From the IMG/VR virus record IMGVR_UViG_3300042698_000029, positions 64,001 to 128,000 of that record: a stretch of DNA of 64,000 nt; one strand, written 5' to 3'. A program made the position numbers and the translations under genes. Source of the DNA: a virus. How positions within the stretch are numbered: the first letter of the stretch is position 1; the number at the start of each line of letters is the position of its first letter. The notes below the pieces were generated by a model. That model ran no database searches, was not told the origin of the DNA, and worked only from the letters and a program-made list of their open reading frames with translations. This document shows, in pieces, positions 1-9,528 of this stretch.

Positions 1-1357
1 CGAGCGAGGACCGGCCGCTGCGTCCGGCAAGGGAGACCGACAGGGCCTCCTTGGTGAAGTCGGAGGCGATGTAGTAGCTGGAGAACTTGCGGTCGTGGGT
101 GGATGCCAGGGCGTCCTTGGCGAGGTTCATGGCTGTGGTCTTGCGGGCCCAGGTCGTGGGGCCCAGCACCATGCCCCACAGGGTCAGACGGTCTCCGTTG
201 GGGCAGGCGCCGAACTCTCCGAAGATGGACGACAGGATGATCGCCGCGTTCAGCCGGTGGTAGATGTGCGGGGCGTCGGTCTGCGTGGAGGCCCACCTCT
301 CGTACCGGCTGATGAAGCTCTCCGGTCCCAGCTGCATGGCCTCTTCGTCGGAGATGAACTCCGGCCGGGGGATCTCCGGGGATCCTCCGGTGACCGACAG
401 CATGGAGGTGACGCGTTCGCGCATCCGGGGAACGGCGACGTTGGCCGGGTCGGTGTAGAGGCGCAGGACGTCCTTCCACGTCTTGACCTCGCCATCGGTA
501 TCGCCTCCCCACTTGCTGCTGGGGTCGCGGTGCGGGTTGCAGGCCGCCTCCCACGCCATGTGCAGCGCGGTGGGCTTGGACACGCCGTGCTGCGAGAGCA
601 GTGCCAGCAGCCGGTCAAGGCCGTCCTGCTCGCGCCGTACGGACCGGCCACCGCACAGCTCCTCGACGGGGCGGGACACCTTCCGTACGGCGCGGGACTC
701 CAGCATGGAGGCGGTGGTGCACCACCAGCTCTCCGGCATCGGCTCCAGAGGAATCCCGGCTTCTTCGTCCGAGAGATCGGGGTAGGCCGACCGCAGGGAC
801 TCGCGCGTCATGGGCATCCCGAACCGGACGACCTCGACCTCGCAGCCCCGGGAGGAGTTCGCCGAGCCCGGTACCCGCATCTGGGTGAGGGAGGCGTAGG
901 AGTCGGTAAGGCAGCCGTCGGTTACGTGGTGGTAGGCCAGGGCCTGGGAAGTGCGCTCCGCCTCGGCGGCCCCGGGGCTGTCGGTGACCCAGTACACCTG
1001 GTGTTCGCCGGGTGCCGTGGCCACCACGATGGTGGGTTCGGCCAGCAGCTTGGCCAGGCCCATCGTTCCCGTGGAGGCGCTGGCGGCCCACCGGCGGCCG
1101 ATGTATTTCTCCTCCACCGCCATGGGTGCCGTGAACAGGCAGGGCGTGGTGAACAGGTCGATCTTCTCGTTGGAGTTGCACCACGCGATCAGCTGTTCGC
1201 GCTGGGAGGGCCAGGCGAAGGAGTGGTGCTGGGTGGGACCGGCTTTGGGGTTGTACGCGCCGCCCGGGTAGCAGGAGATGGTGATGTATCCCAGGTCGGT
1301 CCCCTGGGAGTCGCCAACGGGGAAGAGCGTGTCGAAAAAGACAGGGGTGAAGCTCAC
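1..1357 (-). CDS. RepB-like primase domain fused to DUF3987-like P-loop ATPase (phage primase/helicase); runs off the left edge
   Basis: Hand-translated open frame from GTG at 1357 (RBS AAGGAGA). PTIVVATAPGEHQVYW and MRVPGSAN resemble RepB primase motifs; LWGMVLGPTTWARKTT resembles the Walker A variant of actinophage primase/helicases. Not in the ORF track because its stop lies outside the window. Confidence 0.75.
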   Translation of the reverse strand, partial: MSFTPVFFDTLFPVGDSQGTDLGYITISCYPGGAYNPKAGPTQHHSFAWPSQREQLIAWCNSNEKIDLFTTPCLFTAPMAVEEKYIGRRWAASASTGTMGLAKLLAEPTIVVATAPGEHQVYWVTDSPGAAEAERTSQALAYHHVTDGCLTDSYASLTQMRVPGSANSSRGCEVEVVRFGMPMTRESLRSAYPDLSDEEAGIPLEPMPESWWCTTASMLESRAVRKVSRPVEELCGGRSVRREQDGLDRLLALLSQHGVSKPTALHMAWEAACNPHRDPSSKWGGDTDGEVKTWKDVLRLYTDPANVAVPRMRERVTSMLSVTGGSPEIPRPEFISDEEAMQLGPESFISRYERWASTQTDAPHIYHRLNAAIILSSIFGEFGACPNGDRLTLWGMVLGPTTWARKTTAMNLAKDALASTHDRKFSSYYIASDFTKEALSVSLAGRSGRSSL

Positions 1358-1385
1358 GGAGTTCTCCTTATGTCCTGGTCAGGGA

Positions 1386-1429
1386 ACCACGAGGGCGGGA
1401 AGGAATGATCTCCTTCCCGCCCTCGTGGT
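1386..1429. terminator. Perfect 19-bp inverted repeat, probable intrinsic terminator
   Basis: ACCACGAGGGCGGGAAGGA / TCCTTCCCGCCCTCGTGGT between two genes. Confidence 0.7.
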
Positions 1430-1467
1430 GTGCCGTTCCCTGACGGGGGGACGTCAGATTTTTCAGG

Positions 1468-2895
1468 CTACGCCTCGTTGGTCGCGAGGTGCCACGCCGA
1501 GTCGGCGCCGTAGCGGAGCTGGACGAGTTCGCCGGACTCGGAGTCCACGTCGAGGGTGTCCACGACGGTTCCCGGGGTGACCGGGGTGTCGCCGATGGCG
1601 AGGAGACCGACGTGGTGCCACTGCACCTGGTAGTGAGGGGTGGCGTCCTTGCCCTCTTCCTTCACCGAGAGCATCCGGTTGGGGACCGGCGCGATGGTGC
1701 GGGGCGAGAGGCGCTCGGAGCGGATGAGGTCCTTGGGGTCCTGCGAGGAGGAGTCCTTGGGGGCCGGGACCTTGGCGAGGTGGGTGTACTCGGAGCCGTT
1801 GAAGGTCAGGATCTCGGTGCCCGGCTTCTGGCCGTAACCGGTCTCGCTGTCGAAGATCGGGTCGTCGCTTCCGAAGGTGGCCTTGCCTCCCTGGGTGTGC
1901 TCCATCTCGTCGCCGTGCTCGTTCTTGAAGACGGCCCCGGCGACGGTGGCCTCGTTGCGGGCGGGGTTGTAGTAGGTGAGCTTGAGGAACCGGGCGCGGG
2001 CCAGGCGGGCTTCGGTGTCGATGGCGGCAGCCTTCTGGTCGTCGTCCAGGCTGCTGCTGTCGAGCTCGTTGTTGAGCTTCTCCACGGCCTTGTTGACGGC
2101 CTTCTCCAGGCCAGCCTCGTCGTAGACGGGGCGCAGGACGGTGGTGTTGCCGTCGTCGTCGGAGTGGATCGCGTACTCCGGGTCGTCCAGCATCTCGTCC
2201 TCGACCTTGGTAACCACCGTGTAGGGCAGGTCGGAGAAGTGGTGGCCGTTGACGGGGGAGACCAGGGCGCAGTATTCGCCGTAGACGGCGGGGAGGGAGA
2301 ATTCCTTCTCCCGGGCGGGGGCGTGGTACAGCTGGCCCATGAAGACCTGGTACTCCAGCTGCTCCGGCAGGGTGGACCAGGAGACCTTCTGACCGCCCTG
2401 GGTGGCGAGCCCGGTGCCGACGACGAGACGCTGGAGGGTGGAGACCGGCGGCTTGGCATTGGGGTTGGGCTTGCGGTTGGACTCGCGCGGCTTGAACTTC
2501 TTGTCGAGGTACAGCCGGAAGGGCCACTGGCGTCCGCCGAAGGCGTTGGTCAGGAAGGCGGCGGAGACGATGATCTGCGGGTTCTCGGAGTCGTAGTACG
2601 GGTCGCCGGGCTCCTTGGCGACGGCCATCTGGATCTCGAAGGGGAGCCAGGTGTCGACGGGCGCCGGGATCGCGTTGGCGAAGTTGACGACGGGGACGAA
2701 GGCGTCGTCGGTGATCTCGATCAGGTCGTCATCGTCGTCGCCGTCGTCCTCGGGGGCGCTGTCCGGGGTGGTGTCCTCCGGGGCGCTGTCCTGCGGCTCG
2801 TTGTCGAAGCTGGGGTCGTCGTCGGTGGACTCGCTGAGGGCGTCCTCGGGAAGGTCCATCACGTCGTCGTTCGGGGTCTCGGTTGCGGTGCTCAT
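1468..2895 (-). CDS. Acidic protein, probable phage ssDNA-binding protein (DUF669-like) with extra C-terminal domain
   Basis: ATG at 2895 with GGAGGAGA RBS; very acidic N-terminus; sits in an exonuclease-RecT-X-primase operon, where X is usually an SSB. Confidence 0.45.
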   Translation of the reverse strand: MSTATETPNDDVMDLPEDALSESTDDDPSFDNEPQDSAPEDTTPDSAPEDDGDDDDDLIEITDDAFVPVVNFANAIPAPVDTWLPFEIQMAVAKEPGDPYYDSENPQIIVSAAFLTNAFGGRQWPFRLYLDKKFKPRESNRKPNPNAKPPVSTLQRLVVGTGLATQGGQKVSWSTLPEQLEYQVFMGQLYHAPAREKEFSLPAVYGEYCALVSPVNGHHFSDLPYTVVTKVEDEMLDDPEYAIHSDDDGNTTVLRPVYDEAGLEKAVNKAVEKLNNELDSSSLDDDQKAAAIDTEARLARARFLKLTYYNPARNEATVAGAVFKNEHGDEMEHTQGGKATFGSDDPIFDSETGYGQKPGTEILTFNGSEYTHLAKVPAPKDSSSQDPKDLIRSERLSPRTIAPVPNRMLSVKEEGKDATPHYQVQWHHVGLLAIGDTPVTPGTVVDTLDVDSESGELVQLRYGADSAWHLATNEA

Positions 2896-2962
2896 GGCTT
2901 CTCCTCCGGTGCGATCGGTCTTGCTGCCTGTGCCGGGCTTCGTGCGGGGGTTCGTGCTGCTG

Positions 2963-4003
2963 CTAGGCAAGGGTCTTCTCCAGGATGGCCATGGCGCCTC
3001 GCAGCGGGCGGCTGGCTTCCTTGCCGCCGGGTTCGAGGGCGGGGATGTTGACGGTTTCGCTCTCGTTGCCGTTGCGTGCCATCTCCGCCTTCAGCTTGTT
3101 CAGCTCCGTCCGGACGTCGGCGCTGCTCTTGCCGTCGCGGTGGGCGTTCTTGACGAGGGTCAGCGCGCTGGCGAAGATCTCCTGCGCTGGGCGCTTGCCG
3201 GTGGTCTTCACGGGGGTCGCCGGGGTCTTGGCAGCGGGAGTGGTGACGGCGGCCTTCACCGACAGGGGCGCCTTGGCTGCGGCGGGTGCCGTGGCCGGTG
3301 CGGTCTTCTTCGGGGCGGACGCCAGCACCTTGTCGGGGTTGGGCTCGGAGACGGTGAGCGACTTCTCCGGCGTGGGGATGGCCCGGGAGTACTGGGCGGT
3401 GGTGATGATCGGGGTGCCGTCCTCGGACACGTCGGCCCCCAGCTCTTCCGGGGTGTACTTGGCGACGCCGAGGACTTCACCGCACGCCATACGGACGCAT
3501 TCGGCGTCGGCGCGGTGGCGGAGCATCGCCCGGGTGAAGCGGTACCAGGCGGCCATCTTCTTCGAGGAGTCGTACAGCCCGGCGCTCTTGGCCTGGCCCA
3601 GGGACCAGGTGACGGAGTGCTCGTACCCCGGGTCGTCCTTGCGGACGATGGTGGTGGTGATCCGGTAGTCGTCCTTGCCGGGGACGCCCTCTTCCTTGTG
3701 ACGGACCGTGTGGCCGAACATCCGCGCCCGCATGATCATGTAGTCGGCGGATGCGCTGATCTTCGGGCCGTTCTGGCCCTCCACGATGTAGAGGTTGTTG
3801 ACGGCGGTGACGTAACCCATTTCGAGCTCGTTGGCCGCCATGAGGAACAGGAAGCAGTTCTGCTTCTTGCCTCGCAGCATCGGGGGGACGAGGTCGGATT
3901 CCGAGAACCGTTCCGCCAGGTCGTCCATTCCCTGGAACGTGCTGGTCTGCACAGCCGCGAGACCCGACGGTCCGATGCTGGACAGCTCCGTACTTGCGCT
4001 CAT
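2963..4003 (-). CDS. RecT/Red-beta-like single-strand annealing protein
   Basis: SDLVPPMLRGK, NNLYIVEG, VTWSLGQAKSAGL, W..F.RAML.HRA, YTPEEL motifs; strong RBS before ATG 4003 (alternative start 4126). Confidence 0.8.
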   Translation of the reverse strand: MSASTELSSIGPSGLAAVQTSTFQGMDDLAERFSESDLVPPMLRGKKQNCFLFLMAANELEMGYVTAVNNLYIVEGQNGPKISASADYMIMRARMFGHTVRHKEEGVPGKDDYRITTTIVRKDDPGYEHSVTWSLGQAKSAGLYDSSKKMAAWYRFTRAMLRHRADAECVRMACGEVLGVAKYTPEELGADVSEDGTPIITTAQYSRAIPTPEKSLTVSEPNPDKVLASAPKKTAPATAPAAAKAPLSVKAAVTTPAAKTPATPVKTTGKRPAQEIFASALTLVKNAHRDGKSSADVRTELNKLKAEMARNGNESETVNIPALEPGGKEASRPLRGAMAILEKTLA

Positions 4004-4122
4004 TCGCTTTCCCTCCTTCACAAGGGTTTCCCACGAATTTCCGACTGTGCCGTGATTCGGATCTCGTGTTCTTCTGACAGCCAGCTTACCGGTGTCCGGA
4101 CAGTTTTGGACTGTGTGCTCCA

Positions 4123-4854
4123 TCACACCCGGAGCGTCTTGCAGGTGTAGCAGTCACTTCCGATGGCAAGGCTGGTCACTCCGAAGATGCGCAGCTTCTC
4201 GGCGGTCCGCGCCACTCGGTCGATGACCCCGAGAGCCCGGTCCCGGTCGTAGCGGCGCGTGACGGTGCTGATCTCACCGAGGTCGTCCGAGTACCGGGGA
4301 AGGATGACCAGACTAACCGCTTCGACCGGTTTGCCCGACCTCTCCACACCGAGGCCGTAGAGCATCGTCTGATCCCACATCTTCTCCAGGCGCGGATCCT
4401 GGAGGCCTTCGGTCCGGGCAAGTTCCTCCTGATGAAGGAGCTTGTGGACGGCTTCCTTGTCGAGCTTGGTCTTGTAGTCGACCACCTCCGCCCACTCGGG
4501 GACGTAGCAGTCGGTGTGACCCCACACGTCTCCGAGGCCCGGGATGGCCGCGATCATCAGGGTGAGCTCACGGAGGGTGAAGACCTCGGCCTCCAGAGCC
4601 TCCATCGCGCGGTCGAGCTTCTCGTGAATGGCGGTGCCGACCCAGGCCGCGTAGGAAAAGCGGCGGCGTACCGAGACGCGGGACGTGCCTTTCTGGACGA
4701 GGAGAATTTTCTCCCCGAGACAGAACTCGCACCGTTCACCGAGTTCGCTGGGGCCCAGCATCTTCTGCTGGTCACGGGCGGATCTCCCAGAAATTGCGGA
4801 AACCACCAGAGTGTTGGTGCGTTTGGCTCTTGATTCCAGTTCAGTTTGATCCAC
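4123..4854 (-). CDS. Cas4/RecB-like PD-(D/E)xK exonuclease
   Basis: GPSELGERCEFC, GTAIH, GHTD, VVDYKT, QTMLY and C-terminal CYTC. Confidence 0.85.
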   Translation of the reverse strand: MDQTELESRAKRTNTLVVSAISGRSARDQQKMLGPSELGERCEFCLGEKILLVQKGTSRVSVRRRFSYAAWVGTAIHEKLDRAMEALEAEVFTLRELTLMIAAIPGLGDVWGHTDCYVPEWAEVVDYKTKLDKEAVHKLLHQEELARTEGLQDPRLEKMWDQTMLYGLGVERSGKPVEAVSLVILPRYSDDLGEISTVTRRYDRDRALGVIDRVARTAEKLRIFGVTSLAIGSDCYTCKTLRV

Positions 4855-4904
4855 GGAAAGAGCCTAGACCCGGGGTCTGACAATGCCCAGGGACGTGCAT
4901 TCGG

Positions 4905-5609
4905 CTAAGGTGTGACGTTCCTCTCATTCAATAGGGCCTTCATCTTTTCTGGGTTGCCGAAGGCCGTGGCGTAGCGGTCGTACAGCTCGCGTGAGGCCAC
5001 GGACCCCCAATGCCGGTCGAGGCGCTCCTGGGGTGCGTGGTGCAGGTGGTACAGGACCTGGGTGCCCTGTGCCGGTACCCCGGCCAGCGTCCGCAGAGCC
5101 AGCGCCCAGGACTCGTCCTCCTGACCGAATCCCGTGAAGCGCTCGTCCATGGGGACGGCCTCGTACAGCTGCCGGGGCAGGACGGTGATGCCTCCTCCTT
5201 CGCAGCCCTTGTACAGGCCCTGGTCGAGGTTGCCGTCCATCATCTGCATCCAGGGCTCGGCCCCGGCGAGGATCTTCTTGGTGGTCGGCTCGTTGAACCT
5301 GCACACCAGGTTGTGCGGCATGGCCCACCGGCAGTACTCGCCCTGGAGCCGGACGGCCCCCACCGCTACGTCGATCCCCTGACAGAAGACATCGGCGTCG
5401 GTGATGACGAGGATGCCCTCGGGGTTCACGGCGTCGAGGATCCGGCGCACCGCGACGGCCTTGGACCAGGGCTCTTCGAGCGGGGCGGCGGGGGACGTGG
5501 CGATGCGCCAGCCACGGTGGTGTACCGCGTACTGGCGCATCGTCCACGCGCGCGCCGCCAGCCGGGCCGGATCGTTCCCCGCCCATGGGATGACGACAGT
5601 TACGTCCAT
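4905..5609 (-). CDS. Glycosyltransferase, GT2/GT7 (galactosyltransferase-like)
   Basis: VTVVIPW, ITDADV (DxD), GGGITV, MDERFTGFGQED, LYHLHH. Confidence 0.85.
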   Translation of the reverse strand: MDVTVVIPWAGNDPARLAARAWTMRQYAVHHRGWRIATSPAAPLEEPWSKAVAVRRILDAVNPEGILVITDADVFCQGIDVAVGAVRLQGEYCRWAMPHNLVCRFNEPTTKKILAGAEPWMQMMDGNLDQGLYKGCEGGGITVLPRQLYEAVPMDERFTGFGQEDESWALALRTLAGVPAQGTQVLYHLHHAPQERLDRHWGSVASRELYDRYATAFGNPEKMKALLNERNVTP

Positions 5610-6061
5610 CAGTCGGTACCCTCCACGATCTCGTCCCCGGCCACGAACGGGTCAGCGAGCTTGCCGTCGGCGTCCAGGACCTTCTGCTTGGTCGAGGCTT
5701 TTCCGATCTTCACGGTCCAGTTCTCCGCCACTTCGCACAGGGACTTGTAGAGCGGGGAGTCCTCGCCGAACACCTCTTTGGCCAGAGTGGCGTCCGGCTT
5801 GACGACGGAGATCCTCCGCAGCTGCGTCTTGTTGAGAACCTTCTCAGCGAGCTGGCCCGAGAACCGGTTGGGTCGCGAAAGGACGACGCTGACGTCTCCG
5901 ACCACGCGCGTACCGGGACGCTTGGAGCGGTGACCCAGCTCCTCCTTGGCCTTCTCCAGCAGCCGCGCTACGGCGGCGTGGTGGGTGTGCAGGTGGTGGG
6001 CGTGCCTGGCCAGCTGGTCGTCGGTCAGCGTGGTGACGTCGATGTCCTCGAAGTTGCTCAT
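5609..6061 (-). CDS. Hypothetical phage protein
   Basis: ATG 6061 with GAAGGAGA RBS, coupled to both neighbours. Confidence 0.7.
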   Translation of the reverse strand: MSNFEDIDVTTLTDDQLARHAHHLHTHHAAVARLLEKAKEELGHRSKRPGTRVVGDVSVVLSRPNRFSGQLAEKVLNKTQLRRISVVKPDATLAKEVFGEDSPLYKSLCEVAENWTVKIGKASTKQKVLDADGKLADPFVAGDEIVEGTD

Positions 6062-6612
6062 GTCGTGTTCTCCTTCTTCTGCCGTTGCCGGTCCCGGTAC
6101 TTCGCGACAGTCAGATTCCGGGACACCTTGCGCTTCTCTTCCAGCAGCGCTTCGCGCCGGGCCTCTTCCACCCGGATGCCTTCGCGGTACCGGTCGATCC
6201 TTTCCTCCGAGACCCGGATGGCCCGGGAGACCCTGCCCATCTCCAGCGTCCACTTGCGGCGGGCGCCGCCCATGCGGTTGAGGTAGTGCGCTTCCCCCCG
6301 CGATCCGTTCCGCTCCAGTACCGGCGCCACTTCGGGTGCCTCGGGAGGGACGGCATCGGCGTCTTCAACCACCCAGTGCCGGGCGTTGGGGCCGCCGAAG
6401 TTCACGGGTTGTCCGTCGTCGGTTGTTCCGGTCAGGGTGTGCGGGTCGGCCAGCTCGGTTTCCACGATCTTCACGGCCGTGCCCTGTGGGTGGTAGCGGT
6501 GCGCTACCGGGTACAGGGCCCCTTTCGTGCCGGTCACGTAGACCCAGAACGGCGGGGCCAGGCGGGAAAGTGTCCGCCTTACGGGGGAGGCTTCCTCCAC
6601 TGTGTTATCCAT
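6058..6612 (-). CDS. Hypothetical protein with C-terminal coiled coil
   Basis: Open frame with coding-like codon usage; start uncertain (6612 or leaderless GTG 6600). Confidence 0.6.
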   Translation of the reverse strand: MDNTVEEASPVRRTLSRLAPPFWVYVTGTKGALYPVAHRYHPQGTAVKIVETELADPHTLTGTTDDGQPVNFGGPNARHWVVEDADAVPPEAPEVAPVLERNGSRGEAHYLNRMGGARRKWTLEMGRVSRAIRVSEERIDRYREGIRVEEARREALLEEKRKVSRNLTVAKYRDRQRQKKENTT

Positions 6613-6665
6613 TCTACGGGTCCCGATAAGAATCTTCAGTCTACGGGAGAGTGATCCCGGACACA

Positions 6666-6700
6666 CCTGAGGCCTCACCTATTTCAGGTGAGGCCTCAGG
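6666..6700. terminator. 15-bp inverted repeat, probable terminator
   Basis: CCTGAGGCCTCACCT / AGGTGAGGCCTCAGG. Confidence 0.7.
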
Positions 6701-6711
6701 GTTTTCGCAGA

Positions 6712-6855
6712 TCAGAGGGAGGGGCTCCAGTCGTACTCGTCGTCGTCAGGGTCGATGAACGCTGACTCCCGCGAGATGCGTCCTATGACCACGTCCTCAG
6801 CGCACAGTTCGTCGCCCAAGTCGTGCTCGTCCGTGAAGGCTTGTGGTGCGATCAT
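6712..6855 (-). CDS. 47-aa highly acidic microprotein
   Basis: MIAPQAFTDEHDLGDELCAEDVVIGRISRESAFIDPDDDEYDWSPSL; GAGGAGAG RBS; hand-translated. Confidence 0.55.
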   Translation of the reverse strand: MIAPQAFTDEHDLGDELCAEDVVIGRISRESAFIDPDDDEYDWSPSL

Positions 6856-6956
6856 GTCTCTCTCCTCGTGCCAGAAGACGGGCCCCCTCGCGCGATGACA
6901 AGGGGGCCCGGAAATGCAGACACTTCGAGGCTATCAGGGGGAGACGATCCGTGACG

Positions 6957-8495
6957 TCACACGGACTGCGGAATCGGACCGGGCTGCGGGGAGTCCGAGG
7001 GCATGGTATGGATCCATTCCAGGCCCTTGTGGTCGAGGTAGGTCTTGGCCCGGGTGACGGCCACGTAGGCCACCATCGCGTCGTCCACCTGGAGCTTCTC
7101 CCCCGCCTCGAAGTCGGGCGCCTTGAAGTCCTCGGCGATGCGGACCCGGGGCCACTCCAGGCCCTTCGTGGAGTGCGCGGTTGCCACCACGCGTTCCACA
7201 GGGGTGTGGCGGGCATCCTTGACGTTCATGAGGATGGCGCCCAGCCGCCGGGCGGAGTACCTGTTCACCAGCTTGACGAAGACCTTCATGTCGCTGCCCT
7301 CGGGCGAGTCGCTGTACTCGACCACCTCGTCCCAGGAGCTGAACCCGGAGAAGTCCTCGTGGTCGGTGTGTCCGTCTTCCTGGAGTTCCTTCGCCGCCCA
7401 CGCCAGGCGCTTGAGCGGGGAGGGGTCCTTGGAGAATCCGACGGTCAGCCCCTGCTCCAGCGCGTCGACCGCCTGCTGGATGCACATGCCGTTGGACCGG
7501 CACAGCACCGCGTCCACGTCGTCCGTGGTGATGCCCACGCGGGAGGTGACGGCCGGGTTGCCCTTGATGCGCAGCTTGGTGCCGGTGTGCTCCAGCCACA
7601 GGTTGGCCTCCTCGGCGATGGCGTCGCCGAAGCGGAAACTCATGGTCAGGAAGAGCTCCTTGCCGGGCCAGTCGTCCATGATGTTCACGGCCCCCTGCCA
7701 GCGGTAGAGGGACTGCGCGGAGTCGCCGACGGCGATCTTCTGGGTGTGCTGGGACAGGATCAGCTGGCGCACCGCGCGGGTGGAGTCCTGGGCCTCGTCC
7801 AGCATGACCACGTCGTAGGGCAGGGTGGGCTTCGACATCAGCCAGAGCTTGAAGTAGTAGTCGTCGGCAAACCACAGGTCGGACTTGGGCCGGATGGTCT
7901 CCAGCCAGAACCGGCCCGCGTACGTGGCGACCTTGGAAGACAGGTCTCGCTGGGCCGCCCGGGACAAGCCCTTCTGGTAGGGGACGTGCTCCGGCAGGAT
8001 CATCTCGGCGTCCGAGGAGCAGAAGACGCTGACGGTTTCCAGGGCCAGGGAGGCTAGCTTGGCGGGCTTGAATACGTGCGGCTCCAGGAGGCCCGGGTAC
8101 TCCTCGCTCTTGATGATCTTCAGCCGCCGTGCCAGCGCTGAGGAAGTCATGCGCCCCTTGCGGTTGCGGTCGCGGTACTTCCAGCCGATGGCGCCGTAGG
8201 CGAGGCTGTGGCGGGTGCGGCAGTGCATGTTCTTCGGGGACTTCTTCTCCGCATCTTCCCGGGCCGCCGTGTTGTACACCACGTAGAGGAAGCTCTTGCC
8301 TGCCAGGTCCAGGGCGATCTCGCGCAGAGTCGAAGACTTCCCAGACCCCGCGCCCGCCTGGATGATCAGGTCGTCGCCGGTACGGGCCGCCTCCCGGATC
8401 CTCACCTGTTCGGGGGTCAGGCGCAGCTCGCTCTTGGGCTTGATCCGCTGCGGGGTCAGGGTCTTCGCGGGAACCCGTCGGGTGGCCATCGTCAT
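6957..8495 (-). CDS. UvrD/Rep-like superfamily 1 helicase
   Basis: AGAGSGKS, LDEAQD, VGDSAQSLYRW, LTMSFRF, TAHSTKGLEW, YVAVTRA. Confidence 0.92.
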   Translation of the reverse strand: MTMATRRVPAKTLTPQRIKPKSELRLTPEQVRIREAARTGDDLIIQAGAGSGKSSTLREIALDLAGKSFLYVVYNTAAREDAEKKSPKNMHCRTRHSLAYGAIGWKYRDRNRKGRMTSSALARRLKIIKSEEYPGLLEPHVFKPAKLASLALETVSVFCSSDAEMILPEHVPYQKGLSRAAQRDLSSKVATYAGRFWLETIRPKSDLWFADDYYFKLWLMSKPTLPYDVVMLDEAQDSTRAVRQLILSQHTQKIAVGDSAQSLYRWQGAVNIMDDWPGKELFLTMSFRFGDAIAEEANLWLEHTGTKLRIKGNPAVTSRVGITTDDVDAVLCRSNGMCIQQAVDALEQGLTVGFSKDPSPLKRLAWAAKELQEDGHTDHEDFSGFSSWDEVVEYSDSPEGSDMKVFVKLVNRYSARRLGAILMNVKDARHTPVERVVATAHSTKGLEWPRVRIAEDFKAPDFEAGEKLQVDDAMVAYVAVTRAKTYLDHKGLEWIHTMPSDSPQPGPIPQSV

Positions 8496-8541
8496 GTCGT
8501 GTCTCCTTCGCAGGGCTGCGTCCTGTGCCGGACGCGGCCGG

Positions 8542-8778
8542 TCAGTTCTTGCGGTTCAGTCGCTCCCGGCGCAGCTTCCGCCGCGCAGCGGCCTTCCGCC
8601 TGATCTCCTGCGCGTCGGCCGGGAAGGCCAGCTCGGGGCTGGCGTCCGCCTTGAAGGCTTCGTGTGAGGCGTTCAACCCGAAGATCTCCGCCCGCAGAGC
8701 GATCAGCCATGCTTCCCGGGCCGGATCTCCCTCGGCCGGGGGCAGGGCTTGCGTGTCGATGGTCAGCGTCTCGGTCAT
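8542..8778 (-). CDS. Hypothetical protein
   Basis: ORF with GAGGAG RBS, basic C-terminus. Confidence 0.6.
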   Translation of the reverse strand: MTETLTIDTQALPPAEGDPAREAWLIALRAEIFGLNASHEAFKADASPELAFPADAQEIRRKAAARRKLRRERLNRKN

Positions 8779-8985
8779 CTCGGGCTCCTCGGGTATCAGC
8801 CGGGACGCCGCGCTCGGTTGGCGGGTCGCTTCGGCTTGGCGAATGAAGGTATGGACATGGGAAACTCCCAGGTTCTTGGTGGGTTTTCCGTTCCTTCCGC
8901 CTTCGAGACTACCCGCGAAAGCCCAGGTGGCAGAGGGTCGAGAGCCGTGATGACCGTCACACCGGAACAGCCTGTCAAACAGAGG

Positions 8986-9018
8986 GCAGCCCCGCCAGCG
9001 GTTCTCTGGCGGGGCTGC
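8986..9018. terminator. 13-bp inverted repeat, probable terminator
   Basis: GCAGCCCCGCCAG / CTGGCGGGGCTGC just after the 9021 stop. Confidence 0.6.
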
Positions 9019-9020
9019 TT

Positions 9021-9290
9021 TCAGGCCGGGTAAGCGGGGTCGGGGTCCGCCTCCCGCAGGACACGGCGGGTCTGAGTGGCCAGCAGGAGGCCGTTACGCC
9101 CCATCCCCGGGATGTTCCGGAGGTCGGCGTACGCCGCCTTCTTCAGCTCCTCCGGCGTAGTGACCCCGTTGTCGACCAGGAGCCTGGCCGTGTGGGGTGC
9201 CCCCGGATGCCCGTCGAAGAGGTTCCTCATGGCCTGGTACAGGGGGTCGTGACGCCGTCGGCGTCTGCTCCAGTCACGGGACGTCGGCAC
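9021..9290 (-). CDS. Helix-hairpin-helix (RNAP alpha-CTD-like) protein
   Basis: LVDNGVTTPEEL...DLRNIPGMG HhH pattern. Confidence 0.6.
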   Translation of the reverse strand: MPTSRDWSRRRRRHDPLYQAMRNLFDGHPGAPHTARLLVDNGVTTPEELKKAAYADLRNIPGMGRNGLLLATQTRRVLREADPDPAYPA

Positions 9291-9528
9291 GGTGCTCCTC
9301 CTTCCGGGGCCTGCCGGGCTTGCGGGTCCAGACCGTTTGGAACGCGCGCACTTCGTCGGCCAGGAACACCGATCCCATGCGGAGACGACGGGAGTTCGGT
9401 ACGTACTGCTGCCACAGGGCCGTCTTGCGGAGCAGCTGCACCCTCTGCTTGCAGACGCCCAGGAGCTCTGCGACTTCGATGTTCCCCATCAGCTCGGGGA
9501 TTGCGGACTTCGGTTCAGCATCATCCAC
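9274..9528 (-). CDS. HTH DNA-binding protein (excisionase/AlpA-like)
   Basis: ELMGNIEVAELLGVCKQRVQLL, ending in RKPGRPRK. Confidence 0.75.
   Translation of the reverse strand: MDDAEPKSAIPELMGNIEVAELLGVCKQRVQLLRKTALWQQYVPNSRRLRMGSVFLADEVRAFQTVWTRKPGRPRKEEHRADVP

Noticed and set aside
490-530. Apparent frameshift in the primase/helicase gene
   Set aside because: Re-reading the C4 run at 507-510 keeps the frame open (SSKWGGDTDG).
2746-2791. Short tandem duplication encoding DSAPED twice
   Set aside because: Ordinary low-complexity expansion in an acidic disordered region.
95-4150. Long plus-strand ORFs (95..1408, 1489..3051, 2615..4150)
   Set aside because: Antisense shadows of well-supported minus-strand genes; high GC suppresses stop codons and the translations have no motifs.
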